Assembly: GCA_965232985.1 (NCBI GenBank)
Contig: CBDDRC010000042.1
Location: forward strand, 361,907-425,906
DNA: 64,000 nt
From: an uncultured bacterium
GTDB taxonomy: Bacteria; Pseudomonadota; Gammaproteobacteria; Pseudomonadales; JADFDG01
Direction: 5' to 3'
A model generated the notes under the pieces. The model ran no database searches and was not told where the DNA came from. It saw only the letters and a list, made by a program, of their open reading frames with translations. The position numbers and the translations under genes were made by a program. Shown here piece by piece: positions 19,024-28,151 of this stretch. How positions within the stretch are numbered: position 1 is the stretch's first letter; each line of letters begins with the position of its first letter.

Positions 19024-20196
19024 TCAAACGAGCCGGTAGAGCGCCTCAATCAGGCGCGTGGCGCGCGGGTCCAGCAGGATGTGCGTGCCCATGCGATTCA
19101 TCACGTAGCCGAGCGCGATTTGCCGATCAGGATCGGCCATGCCCAGCGAACCACCCGCTCCCGGATGACCGAAACTGCGCCGCCCCGGCCCGAAGGCGGC
19201 GTACGGCCGATTCTGCGACAACATCCAGCCATAACTGAAACGCGTGCCGATGCCGAGCACCGCATCGTTGCCACAAGATTGCTCGTCCCAACAATATTTC
19301 AGAATGTCCTTCGGCAGTACTTCGACCTTATCGAGCGTACCGCCGCCGGCAAGTGCCGCATAGAAACGCGCGATCGCGCGTGCCGTGCCATGGCCATTCG
19401 CGGCGGGAATTTCCGCCATGCGCCACTCCACGCTGTTGGTGCCGGTGGCAATGCTCATCGGGTTGGCAAAAGCGCGCGCGGTGATGCCGGTCGGGTCGGC
19501 CATCATCTTCTGCATGAAACTTGCCGCTTCCAGATTGGCCGGATCCGGCAGCGGCCGGGAAATGCGCGCGATGCGGTGATGCTCGGTGGCCGGCACGCCG
19601 ATGTACAGATCAAGACCGAGTGGCGCGGCAAATGCCGCCTGCAAAAAGCGGCCGACACTCATGCCACTCACACGCCGGATCACCTCGCCGACCAGCCAGC
19701 CGAACGTGACCGGGTGATAGCCATGCTGGGTGCCGGGCTGCCACCAGGGTTGTTCGGCAGCAAGCGCCGCAACCATGCGGTCCCAGTCGTACAGCGCCGC
19801 ATCCGGCAGCAATTCGCGCAATGCCGGCAGACCAGCGCGATGTGACAGCAACCACTTCACCGGGATGCGGCCCTTGCCGTGTTGTGCGAATTCAGGCCAG
19901 TAATCGGCCACCGGCCGCTCCAGCGACAATTTTCCTTCCGCCACCAGCCGCAGCACCAGCGCACTGACGATGCCCTTGGTGGTGGAAAATACATTCACCA
20001 ATGTATTTTCTGCCCAGACAGCCGAATGCTTGCTGTCGACACTGCCGGCCCAAAGATCGAGTACCGGTTCACCGCCGACATAAACCGCCAGTGCTGCGCC
20101 CAGTTCGTTGGCCGCCTGAAAGTTCAGCCGGAAAGCATCCTGCAACGGCGCAAACTTTGGTGCACACCAGCCGTGAATTTCAATGTCGCCTGCCAT
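19024..20196 (-). CDS. Serine hydrolase of the beta-lactamase/esterase (class C-like) family
   Basis: SxxK motif in VFSTTKG; length and layout typical of EstB/AmpC-fold hydrolases. Confidence 0.75.
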   Translation of the reverse strand: MAGDIEIHGWCAPKFAPLQDAFRLNFQAANELGAALAVYVGGEPVLDLWAGSVDSKHSAVWAENTLVNVFSTTKGIVSALVLRLVAEGKLSLERPVADYWPEFAQHGKGRIPVKWLLSHRAGLPALRELLPDAALYDWDRMVAALAAEQPWWQPGTQHGYHPVTFGWLVGEVIRRVSGMSVGRFLQAAFAAPLGLDLYIGVPATEHHRIARISRPLPDPANLEAASFMQKMMADPTGITARAFANPMSIATGTNSVEWRMAEIPAANGHGTARAIARFYAALAGGGTLDKVEVLPKDILKYCWDEQSCGNDAVLGIGTRFSYGWMLSQNRPYAAFGPGRRSFGHPGAGGSLGMADPDRQIALGYVMNRMGTHILLDPRATRLIEALYRLV

Positions 20197-20294
20197 CCGG
20201 ACCTCGTTATGTTCCTGCGGTCTTTGTGTTCCTCAAGATCAGCCCCGGCCCATGCGCTAGAATGCGCACCTGACCACAAGCCACGCAGTCTGCC

Positions 20295-21656
20295 ATGAAC
20301 CTGACCTGCCTCCGAATACCGCCTTTCCAAACCCTGCTGCTCTGCGGCCTGCTGTTTTGTCTCGCCGGCATCAGCCATGCCGGCGTCGTGGCGAAGATCA
20401 TTGGCGGCAATGATGCCACCGTGCCTTATCCGTTCATGGCGGCACTGGTCGACCCGGCCATTGCCGAAGATTTTCAGGCGCAGTTCTGCGGCGGCACGGT
20501 GATCGCCCCGCGCTGGGTGCTCACTGCCGCCCACTGCATCACCACAACCAGCACTGGCGGGCTGATCAGCACCGGCAGCATTGAAGTGATCACCGGCGTG
20601 ACGACCTTGAGCGACACCGCCGCTGGTGCCGCGCGCATCGCCGTCTTGAACATAGTGCGCCACCCGAATTTCGAACCCTTGACGCTGCACAACGACGTTG
20701 CGCTGCTGTATCTGGCATCGCCTACCGGCATTGATCCCGGCAACTTCACCGTGGACGACGGCACAGTGATCGCAGCGACAGCATTCGGCGACGATCTGAC
20801 GACCATCGGCTGGGGCGTCACCAATCAACAAAACCTCGCAAACCCTACCGACGACCTGTTCGCAGCAACGCTGCAGGAAGTGCTGGTCGACTACATCCCG
20901 CTCGCCGACTGCAACAGCAGCAGTTACTACGACGGCGCGCTGGGCAGCGAAACACTCTGCGCCGGCTTCCTCGCCGATCCGCCACGCGACACCTGCTTCG
21001 GCGACAGCGGCGGCCCGCTGCTTGCCATCGCCGACGGCGGCTGGCGCCAGGTTGGCATCACCAGTTACAGCTTCGGCGATTTCTGCGCCACATCCGGCCA
21101 GCCGGGCATCTACGTCAATGCGTCACAATTTTACGGCTACATCATCGGCGCGACCGTGCAACCGGATCTGCGCGTGCTGGTCAGCACGGTGGCAGGTACG
21201 CAGGTCGACAACACGGTCACCGCTCGCATCACCGTTACCAACCTCTCGCCCGCCAATGCTGCCACCGGCACAGCGCTGAACATCAGCCTCACCGGCACCA
21301 CCGCGATCACCAACCTTGCCGCACTGCCCGACTGCACCGGGACCAGCGCCGGCCCGCTGAGCTGCAACCTCGGCACCATCGCCGCCAACGGCTCGGCGAG
21401 TTTCGATGTGCCACTGGTCTTCAATGGCTACGGGTTATTCACCATCACCGGCACTGTCAGCGCCACCACCGGCGATTACGACGGCACCAACAACACCAGC
21501 CTGCGCGAATACAATCTACTGGCGCCTGCGCCAATATCCAGCGGCGGCAGCGCCTCATTCGCCCTGCTTGCCCTGCTCGCTCTTTGCCTCGCCCGACACC
21601 CCGCGCATGCGCCGCATCATTCACTGCGACTGCGACAGTTTTTACGCCTCGGTTGA
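20295..21656 (+). CDS. Secreted trypsin-like S1 serine protease with a DUF11-like Ig domain and a GlyGly-CTERM-type sorting signal (VesB-like)
   Basis: Signal peptide then the IIGG activation site. Triad motifs LTAAHC, NDVALL and GDSGGPL. C-terminal SSGGSASFALLALLALCLAR followed by a basic tail. Confidence 0.85.
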   Translation: MNLTCLRIPPFQTLLLCGLLFCLAGISHAGVVAKIIGGNDATVPYPFMAALVDPAIAEDFQAQFCGGTVIAPRWVLTAAHCITTTSTGGLISTGSIEVITGVTTLSDTAAGAARIAVLNIVRHPNFEPLTLHNDVALLYLASPTGIDPGNFTVDDGTVIAATAFGDDLTTIGWGVTNQQNLANPTDDLFAATLQEVLVDYIPLADCNSSSYYDGALGSETLCAGFLADPPRDTCFGDSGGPLLAIADGGWRQVGITSYSFGDFCATSGQPGIYVNASQFYGYIIGATVQPDLRVLVSTVAGTQVDNTVTARITVTNLSPANAATGTALNISLTGTTAITNLAALPDCTGTSAGPLSCNLGTIAANGSASFDVPLVFNGYGLFTITGTVSATTGDYDGTNNTSLREYNLLAPAPISSGGSASFALLALLALCLARHPAHAPHHSLRLRQFLRLG

Positions 21657-22662
21657 GATGCGCGACGACCCGTCGCTGCGGGAAAAACCGGTCGCCGTCG
21701 GCGGCTCACCCGATCAGCGCGGCGTCATCGCCACCTGCAACTACATGGCGCGCCGTTTCGGCGTGCATTCGGCGATGTCATCACGCCGGGCGCTGGCGCT
21801 GTGCCCCGATCTCGTCATCCTCTTTCCGGACTTTCCCAAGTACAAGGCCGTCAGCCGCGCGGTGAACGCGATCTTCCTGCGCTACACCGACCGCGTCGAA
21901 CCGCTGTCGCTGGACGAAGCCTACCTCGATGTTACCGAAGCGACGCAAATGCACGGCAGCGCGACACACATTGCCGAGGAAATCCGCGCTGCGGTGCACC
22001 GCGAAATCGGCATCACCATTTCTGCCGGCGTCGCGCCGAACAAATTCCTCGCCAAGGTGGCCAGCGACATCAACAAACCAGACGGCCTGTGCGTGATCAA
22101 ACCACGCGATATTGATGCCTTTGTACATGGCTTGCCGGTGGAGAAGCTGTTCGGCGTCGGCAAGGTAACGGCTGCAAAAATGCACCGGCTGGGCCTCAGC
22201 ACCTGCGGCGATCTACAAACGCTGTCGGACGAGATGCTTGTCAATCACTTCGGCCGTTACGGCACCACACTCTGGCAACTGTGCCGTGGCATCGACGAGC
22301 GCCCCGTGCGCACCGATCATCGCCGCAAGTCACTGTCGGTGGAGCACACCTGGGCAACAGACCTTGCCTCGCCCGGGGAGTGTCTGGCGGCAATGACGCG
22401 GCTGACCGGCGAACTGCACGCGCGTTATGAAAAAATCGCGGCGCGCTATTGCATTACCGGCATCGACATCAAGGTGAAGTACGCGGATTTTCGCGAGCAT
22501 TCACGCCAGCGCAGCCACACAACGATCGACGCGGCATTGCTGCAGTCGTTGCTTGACGCCCAACTGGCGGCCCGGCCACCGCCGGTACGCCTGCTCGGCG
22601 CGGGCGTGAAACTTGCCTTGCGCGACGCTACCGAGCCACCGCAGCCGGATCTGTTCGACTGA
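21607..22662 (+). CDS. dinB: DNA polymerase IV
   Basis: MRRIIHCDCDSFYASVEMRDDP N-terminus; 351 aa, the same length as E. coli DinB. The start lies 50 nt inside the protease ORF. Confidence 0.9.
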   Translation: MRRIIHCDCDSFYASVEMRDDPSLREKPVAVGGSPDQRGVIATCNYMARRFGVHSAMSSRRALALCPDLVILFPDFPKYKAVSRAVNAIFLRYTDRVEPLSLDEAYLDVTEATQMHGSATHIAEEIRAAVHREIGITISAGVAPNKFLAKVASDINKPDGLCVIKPRDIDAFVHGLPVEKLFGVGKVTAAKMHRLGLSTCGDLQTLSDEMLVNHFGRYGTTLWQLCRGIDERPVRTDHRRKSLSVEHTWATDLASPGECLAAMTRLTGELHARYEKIAARYCITGIDIKVKYADFREHSRQRSHTTIDAALLQSLLDAQLAARPPPVRLLGAGVKLALRDATEPPQPDLFD

Positions 22663-22791
22663 TCTGTTCGACTAGGTAACCTGGGTGCACAGGTCATCCC
22701 GGGCACCAATATCGACCAGCCGGCGAGCTGCGGTTGTGGCCAGATGCTGCCGTCGGCTAATGTCGCCCCATGTCGCACCAAATTGTTCCGA

Positions 22792-25700
22792 ATGACTGCC
22801 ATGCAGGTTGATCGCCGTTCGACAATCCGTGCTGCGCTGCTCGCCGGTCTTGTCAGCCTGGCAAGCGGTTGCGGCGGCGGTGGCGGATCCGCAGCCAACA
22901 TCATGCCGACAGCCGCATTCGCAGCCACCCCCATCAGCGGCCTGGCAACACCTGCGGTGCAGTTTGACGGCAGCGCTTCCACCGACCCGGACGGCACCGT
23001 CGTCAGTTGGCAGTGGACGTTCGGCGACGGCAGCACCGGCAGCGGCAGTGTCATTCAGCACAGCTACGCCACCGCGGGCACCTACACCGCCACCCTGACT
23101 GTGACTGACAACCAGGGCGGAACGGCGAGCAGTACCGTCGTCGTCAGTGCCACCGTCAACGCCACCCCGAACACACCCCCGACAGCTCTTTTCAGCGCCA
23201 ACCCCGGCAGCGGCATTGCGGCACTGCCCGTCAATTTCGACGGCAGTGCTTCCACCGACCCGGACGGTACCATCGTCAGCTGGCAGTGGGCGTTCGGCGA
23301 CGGCAGCACCGGCAGCGGCAGTGTCATTCAGCACAGCTACGCCACCGCGGGCACCTACACCGCAACCCTGACCGTGACCGATGACCGCGGTGGCACTGCT
23401 GTCGCTACAGTCAACATCATCGTTGCCGCGAATACGCCGCCGCTGGCCGTACTCAACGCCAACACCGTCGCGGGTTTCGCACCACTCACCGTTCAGTTCG
23501 ACGGCAGCGCTTCCACCGATGCCGACGGCACCATCGTCAGTTGGCAGTGGGCGTTCGGCGACGGCAGCACCGGCAGCGGCAGCACGCTGCAGCACGCCTA
23601 CACGGCCGCAGGCACCTACACCGCCACCCTGACCGTGACCGACGACCACGGCGGCACCGCCGTCGCCACCACCAACATCACTGCCACCCTGAACACGCCA
23701 CCGCTGGCCGTGCTCAACGCCAACACCGTCGAGGGCTTCGCACCGCTCACCGTTCAGTTCAACGGCAACGCTTCCACCGATGCCGACGGCCCGATTGCCG
23801 GCTACCTCTGGAATTTCGGCAACGGCGACAGTGCGGCAATCGCTGCAGCGACTGCGCTGTACAGCAGTGCCGGACAATACACCGCGCAACTCACCGTCAC
23901 GGACGGCGGCGGCGTAACCGCCTCGGCCACCACCACAGTGTATGTAGCAACGACGGCAGACAGTTTCACCCTGGCAGGCGCGCTCAGCGTGCCCGATACG
24001 CTGTTCGCCGATTGCGACACCGCCGGCGGCGGCATACCCGGCTGCAACCAAAGCGTTGCCAATGCACAACCACTACCGGCGCCAGCCATTGTCGGTGGCT
24101 ATGCCGCGCTCGCCAGCGACGCAAGCGACTACTTCAGCATTGCGCTGGCTGGCGGCGAAACGATTTCACTGTTCGTGGCCGATAGCAGCCCGACAAATAA
24201 TATCGACCTGAAACTCTACGATGCCTCTGGCACTACCCTCGTCGCGCAGTCGGCGAATACCAATACCGCGCGGGAAAGCCTTGGCGTGCCGGCGGCCGGT
24301 AATTACATCGTGCAGGTGGAAAGCGTTGCCGGCAGTTCCAATTATGTGCTGTCGATCGGCACCGCAACGGCCAGCACGGCCGGCGAGTTTGTCGACGGCG
24401 AATTCATCGCGCATTTCACCCAATTGCGCGTGCCCTGGCGCATCGACGCCCAACGCGAAGCCCGCAGCGCCGAACTCGATCTGGAGGTAATCGGCGGCAA
24501 CGCCGACACCCCGATGCTGCTGCGCGACCGGACGCGACCACGCACGCTGCAGCGCAGCCTGGACAAGCATGCACAGGCCACGCTGGCGCGCCTGCGCACA
24601 CACCCGGATATCGCCTGGGTTGAACCAAACCGGGTGCGCAATTCGCTGGGCATCAACGCCACCGACACCTACTACCCGCTGCAGTGGAACCTGCCGCTCG
24701 CCCACTTTCCCGGTGCGTGGGAAATTGATGCCCTGCACGGCAGCGGCGCCGTCGTCGCGGTGATCGATACCGGCATTCTCGCCACGCACCCGGACCTTGC
24801 CGGCCGCATCACCACCGGCTACGACTTCATCAGCGACCCTGCGAATGCCAACGACGGCGACGGCATCGACACCGATCCGGCCGACCCGGGCGGCGACGGC
24901 ATCGGCCGCTCCACGTTTCATGGCTCGCATGTGGCCGGGATCATCGCCGCCAATGCGCAGTTTGTTGCCAGCGCCGGCAATACCGGCATCGCCGGCGCTG
25001 CACCCGGTGCGCAGATCATGCCGTTGCGCGTCATCGGCCGCTACGGCGGCACGAGCTATGACATCGTGCAGGCAATCCGCTATGCCGCCGGCCTGAGCAA
25101 TGACAGCAATACGCTGCCAGCGGCGCCGGCCGATGTCATCAATCTCAGCATCGGCGCCACCGGCTATTCGCAAGCCGAACAGGATGCCGTCACTGCTGCC
25201 CGCGCTGCCGGCGTGATCGTTGTCGCAGCCGGCGGTAATACCGGCACCAACATTTCCATTTATCCGGCTGCCTATGTCGGCGCGACCGGTGTCGGCGCCG
25301 TGACGCTCGACCAGCGCCGGGCAGCCTATTCCACCCTCGGCGCCCACATCGACATCGCCGCGCCTGGCGGCGACAACAGCGCCGATCTCGATGGCAACGG
25401 CTTCCCCGACGGCATACTCGGCACCCTCGCTGACGACAGCAGTGGCGTACTCATTGCCGGCTACGATTTTTACCAGGGCACGTCGATGGCAGCGCCACAT
25501 GTCGCCGCCGTTGCCGCGCTGATGAAAGCGTTGTCGCCCACCCTGACACCCGCCGCTTTCGACAGCCTGCTGGCGGCGGGCGATCTCACCCGCGATCTGG
25601 GTGCCGGCGGGCGCGACGACGAATACGGCATGGGTCTGCTCGATGCAGAGAAAGCGCTGGTCGCCACGGGTCTGGTCAGCGCCACACCCGCAGCACCGGT

Positions 25701-26340
25701 CGCGTCGCCGGCGCGCGTGAGTCTCGGCGCAACGGCAACGCAGGCGCTGGTCGTGGTCGACAACGGCGGCGGCGGTGCGATGCAGATAACGGGCGTCAGC
25801 GACGATCAGCCGTGGCTGACGGTCAGCACCGCGAATATCGATCCGCTCACTGGCCTTGGCAGTTACCTGATCAGCATTGATCGCAACACGCTCGCCAACG
25901 GGATCTACACCGGCACCATCACCTTCACAACCACGGCAGGCGCTCTCACCGTACCGGTCACCCTGGTGGTCGATGCGTCGATTCCTGCGGCCACCGCCGG
26001 CACGCTGTATGTGATCGTCTGGGATCCCGTCGCGCAACAAACCGTCACCGGCAGTGCCGGGCTCGCTGGCAGCTCCACAAGTTTCGATCTGGGCAGTGTG
26101 ATTGCCGGCAACTATCAGGTTTACGCCGGCACCGACAACGACAACGACGGCTTCATCTGTGATCCGGGCGAAGCCTGCGGCGCCTGGCTCACCCTGGACG
26201 AACCAAAACTTTTCCCGCATGTACGCAACCGTACCGATCTGTCATTCAGCATCGGCTACAGCACCACGCTCAGCACCCTTTCTGTCAACACACAAACGGC
26301 TGCAACCACTCTGCCTGCCCGCGGTCTGCCGCACAAATAA
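22792..26340 (+). CDS. Lipoprotein: 4 PKD domains + PPC-like domain + propeptide + S8 subtilisin-like peptidase + C-terminal Ig-like domains
   Basis: Lipobox LASGC. Four FDGSASTD...W.FGDG...Y...G.Y...LTVTD repeats. S8 triad motifs VAVIDTGI, HGSHVAGII and GTSMAAPHVAA. Confidence 0.88.
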   Translation: MTAMQVDRRSTIRAALLAGLVSLASGCGGGGGSAANIMPTAAFAATPISGLATPAVQFDGSASTDPDGTVVSWQWTFGDGSTGSGSVIQHSYATAGTYTATLTVTDNQGGTASSTVVVSATVNATPNTPPTALFSANPGSGIAALPVNFDGSASTDPDGTIVSWQWAFGDGSTGSGSVIQHSYATAGTYTATLTVTDDRGGTAVATVNIIVAANTPPLAVLNANTVAGFAPLTVQFDGSASTDADGTIVSWQWAFGDGSTGSGSTLQHAYTAAGTYTATLTVTDDHGGTAVATTNITATLNTPPLAVLNANTVEGFAPLTVQFNGNASTDADGPIAGYLWNFGNGDSAAIAAATALYSSAGQYTAQLTVTDGGGVTASATTTVYVATTADSFTLAGALSVPDTLFADCDTAGGGIPGCNQSVANAQPLPAPAIVGGYAALASDASDYFSIALAGGETISLFVADSSPTNNIDLKLYDASGTTLVAQSANTNTARESLGVPAAGNYIVQVESVAGSSNYVLSIGTATASTAGEFVDGEFIAHFTQLRVPWRIDAQREARSAELDLEVIGGNADTPMLLRDRTRPRTLQRSLDKHAQATLARLRTHPDIAWVEPNRVRNSLGINATDTYYPLQWNLPLAHFPGAWEIDALHGSGAVVAVIDTGILATHPDLAGRITTGYDFISDPANANDGDGIDTDPADPGGDGIGRSTFHGSHVAGIIAANAQFVASAGNTGIAGAAPGAQIMPLRVIGRYGGTSYDIVQAIRYAAGLSNDSNTLPAAPADVINLSIGATGYSQAEQDAVTAARAAGVIVVAAGGNTGTNISIYPAAYVGATGVGAVTLDQRRAAYSTLGAHIDIAAPGGDNSADLDGNGFPDGILGTLADDSSGVLIAGYDFYQGTSMAAPHVAAVAALMKALSPTLTPAAFDSLLAAGDLTRDLGAGGRDDEYGMGLLDAEKALVATGLVSATPAAPVASPARVSLGATATQALVVVDNGGGGAMQITGVSDDQPWLTVSTANIDPLTGLGSYLISIDRNTLANGIYTGTITFTTTAGALTVPVTLVVDASIPAATAGTLYVIVWDPVAQQTVTGSAGLAGSSTSFDLGSVIAGNYQVYAGTDNDNDGFICDPGEACGAWLTLDEPKLFPHVRNRTDLSFSIGYSTTLSTLSVNTQTAATTLPARGLPHK
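22906..23950 (+). repeat. Four tandem PKD-coding DNA repeats (period 261-273 nt)
   Basis: 23019-23090 and 23292-23363 are identical over 72 nt. Repeats 3 and 4 are progressively diverged. Confidence 0.9.
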
Positions 26341-26373
26341 ACGCACCGCAACACACTTGCCTGGAGCCCCTGC

Positions 26374-26673
26374 ATGTCTACACGTCCCGGTCTTGCCGCC
26401 GTCCTCAGTTTTGTTATTCCCGGCCTGGGCCAAATCTACAACGGCCATTTCATTCGCGCCGCCTTCTGGTTGCTGATTGCTTTTGGGTGGATGGACAACC
26501 CGATGGCATGGCCGTTCGAGGCAGAATTCAAACACTGGGTTGTGCACTTTCTGCCGGCGATGACTGCCTATCACAAGGCTCGGCAGATGGAGTTGTTCGC
26601 CACGTGGAAAACCGCGATGGAACGCAAGATCGGTGGCGATGCCGGCGGCACCGGCCGCACTTTTGACCAGTAA
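26374..26673 (+). CDS. Small membrane protein of unknown function
   Basis: 99 aa. LSFVIPGLGQIYNGHFIRAAFWLLIAFGW is a hydrophobic hairpin carrying the PGxGQxYxG motif seen in many small membrane proteins. Confidence 0.55.
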   Translation: MSTRPGLAAVLSFVIPGLGQIYNGHFIRAAFWLLIAFGWMDNPMAWPFEAEFKHWVVHFLPAMTAYHKARQMELFATWKTAMERKIGGDAGGTGRTFDQ

Positions 26674-26680
26674 CTTTGTC

Positions 26681-26706
26681 CCCTGTGATTGGGTGCCCTG
26701 TGATTG
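26681..26706 (+). promoter_or_regulatory. Direct repeat CCCTGTGATTG x2 (15-nt period) upstream of the MFS gene
   Basis: Identical 11-mers at 26681-26691 and 26696-26706, about 30 nt upstream of ATG 26738. Confidence 0.35.
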
Positions 26707-26737
26707 AGCAACCACCACCCGCGCCAGGTAACCAAAC

Positions 26738-27970
26738 ATGAGTGCCGGTTATTTCCGCCTGCTTGGCTCGCGGCGTTTCGGGCCCTTGTTCGCTACGCAG
26801 TTCCTCGGCGCCTTCAACGATAATCTGCTCAAGCAGGCACTCATCACGCTGGTCACGTTCCGGCTCATCGGCCAGGACGTCAGCATGATCGCCAACGTGG
26901 CGGCAGCGCTGTTCATCCTGCCGTTTTTCCTCTTCTCGCCGCTCGCAGGCCAACTGGCCGACCACTTTCCCAAACCGCAAGTGGCGCGGCTGGTGAAGCT
27001 CGCCGAGATCGCGATCATGGTGGTCGCGGGCATCGGCTTCTGGCTGTCGAGTGTGCCGGTACTGTTGCTGGCGCTGACATTGATGGGCCTGCACTCGGCA
27101 TTTTTCGGCCCGGTAAAATTCGGCGTACTCCCCGAACTGATTCCGCCAGGAGAGCTGGTCACTGCTAACGCGCTGATCGCTGCCGGGACTTTTCTGGCCA
27201 TCCTGCTCGGCAATCTCGGCGGCGTCGAAGTGGTGATGCGCGCCGACGCGCCCTGGCAACCAGCACTCTGGCTCGGCGGCGTGGCCGTGCTGGGGCTTGC
27301 CAGTGCCTGGCTGATCCCGGCGCTACCCGCCGCAGCGCCCGCCCGCCGCCTCGAATTCCATCCGTGGCGCGAATTGAAATCGTCGCTTGCCTTTGTGCGT
27401 GGCAACAACGCGGCCATCGCCGCGCTCGTCGGCATCAGCTGGTTCTGGCTGATCGGCGTCGCCTACCTGTCGCAACTGCCGGTGCTGGCGCGCGATATCG
27501 TCCATGCCGATGAGCGTGCCTACCAACTGATGCTGCTGGCCTTCTCGGTCGGCATCGCTGTGGGAGCGCTGCTGTGCAGCCGCATCTCACGTGGGCAGGT
27601 GATGCCGCGGCTGGCCATTATCGGCGCCCTGCTGATGAGCCTGTTTGCCGCCGAACTGGTGCGCTTGTGTGTTGTCGGCAACCCGGCGCCGGCTTACCTG
27701 ATCGCCGTGCTGACCTGTCTGGGCATCGGCGCCGGCATCTATATCGTGCCGCTGTACACCGTCCTGCAGATCAAGAGCCCCATCGACAGCCGCGCCCGCA
27801 CCTTTGCCGCCGCCAACCTGCTGAATGCGCTGGCCATGGTGTTGTCTTCGGTGCTGGCGATCCTGGTGCTGGTGGTACTGAAGCTGCCGCTGGCGGTGCT
27901 GTTCACCATCCTGCTGGCCGGCACCCTGCTGGTCGGTCTGCTGTTGTGGCGCCTGCTGCCCAAGCCCTGA
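26738..27970 (+). CDS. MFS transporter, LplT (lysophospholipid transporter)-like
   Basis: N-terminus FATQFLGAFNDNLLKQAL resembles LplT. About 12 hydrophobic segments. Confidence 0.7.
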   Translation: MSAGYFRLLGSRRFGPLFATQFLGAFNDNLLKQALITLVTFRLIGQDVSMIANVAAALFILPFFLFSPLAGQLADHFPKPQVARLVKLAEIAIMVVAGIGFWLSSVPVLLLALTLMGLHSAFFGPVKFGVLPELIPPGELVTANALIAAGTFLAILLGNLGGVEVVMRADAPWQPALWLGGVAVLGLASAWLIPALPAAAPARRLEFHPWRELKSSLAFVRGNNAAIAALVGISWFWLIGVAYLSQLPVLARDIVHADERAYQLMLLAFSVGIAVGALLCSRISRGQVMPRLAIIGALLMSLFAAELVRLCVVGNPAPAYLIAVLTCLGIGAGIYIVPLYTVLQIKSPIDSRARTFAAANLLNALAMVLSSVLAILVLVVLKLPLAVLFTILLAGTLLVGLLLWRLLPKP

Positions 27971-28070
27971 CGCGGCGACGGCCCTCAAGGCCGGCAGGCA
28001 AGATCCGGAGCGGTCATGCCCGATAAAACCGCCCATGGCGGCAGGCCCGCCCCGGCAGTACCATGCGCCA

Positions 28071-28100
28071 CCCGCCACGGGAGGCGGGGCCGTTTTGTTG
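28071..28100 (+). terminator. Possible rho-independent terminator or leader hairpin
   Basis: CCCGCC-acggga-GGCGGG followed by GCCGTTTTGTTG. Lies between the MFS gene and kup. Confidence 0.35.
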
Positions 28101-28151
28101 ACGGGATCATCGGCCGGATCTGGCCGAGTGTCCGGTCGCCGGGAGATTCCC

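Noticed and set aside
22906-23950. Periodic repeats considered as a possible CRISPR-like array (also 50715-53648)
   Set aside because: The repeats are 240-270 nt long, contiguous with no unique spacers, and in frame within long CDS encoding PKD, two-Cys and FG-GAP protein domains. No cas genes are present.
22672-24069. 465-aa repeat-containing ORF on the minus strand
   Set aside because: It is a mirror image of the PKD repeats on the plus strand. Its periodicity is inherited from them, it has no domain motifs, and the plus-strand frame has clear PKD/S8 signatures.
24166-26220. 684-aa ORF antisense to the S8 peptidase region
   Set aside because: Shadow ORF. The S8 catalytic triad motifs are on the plus strand.
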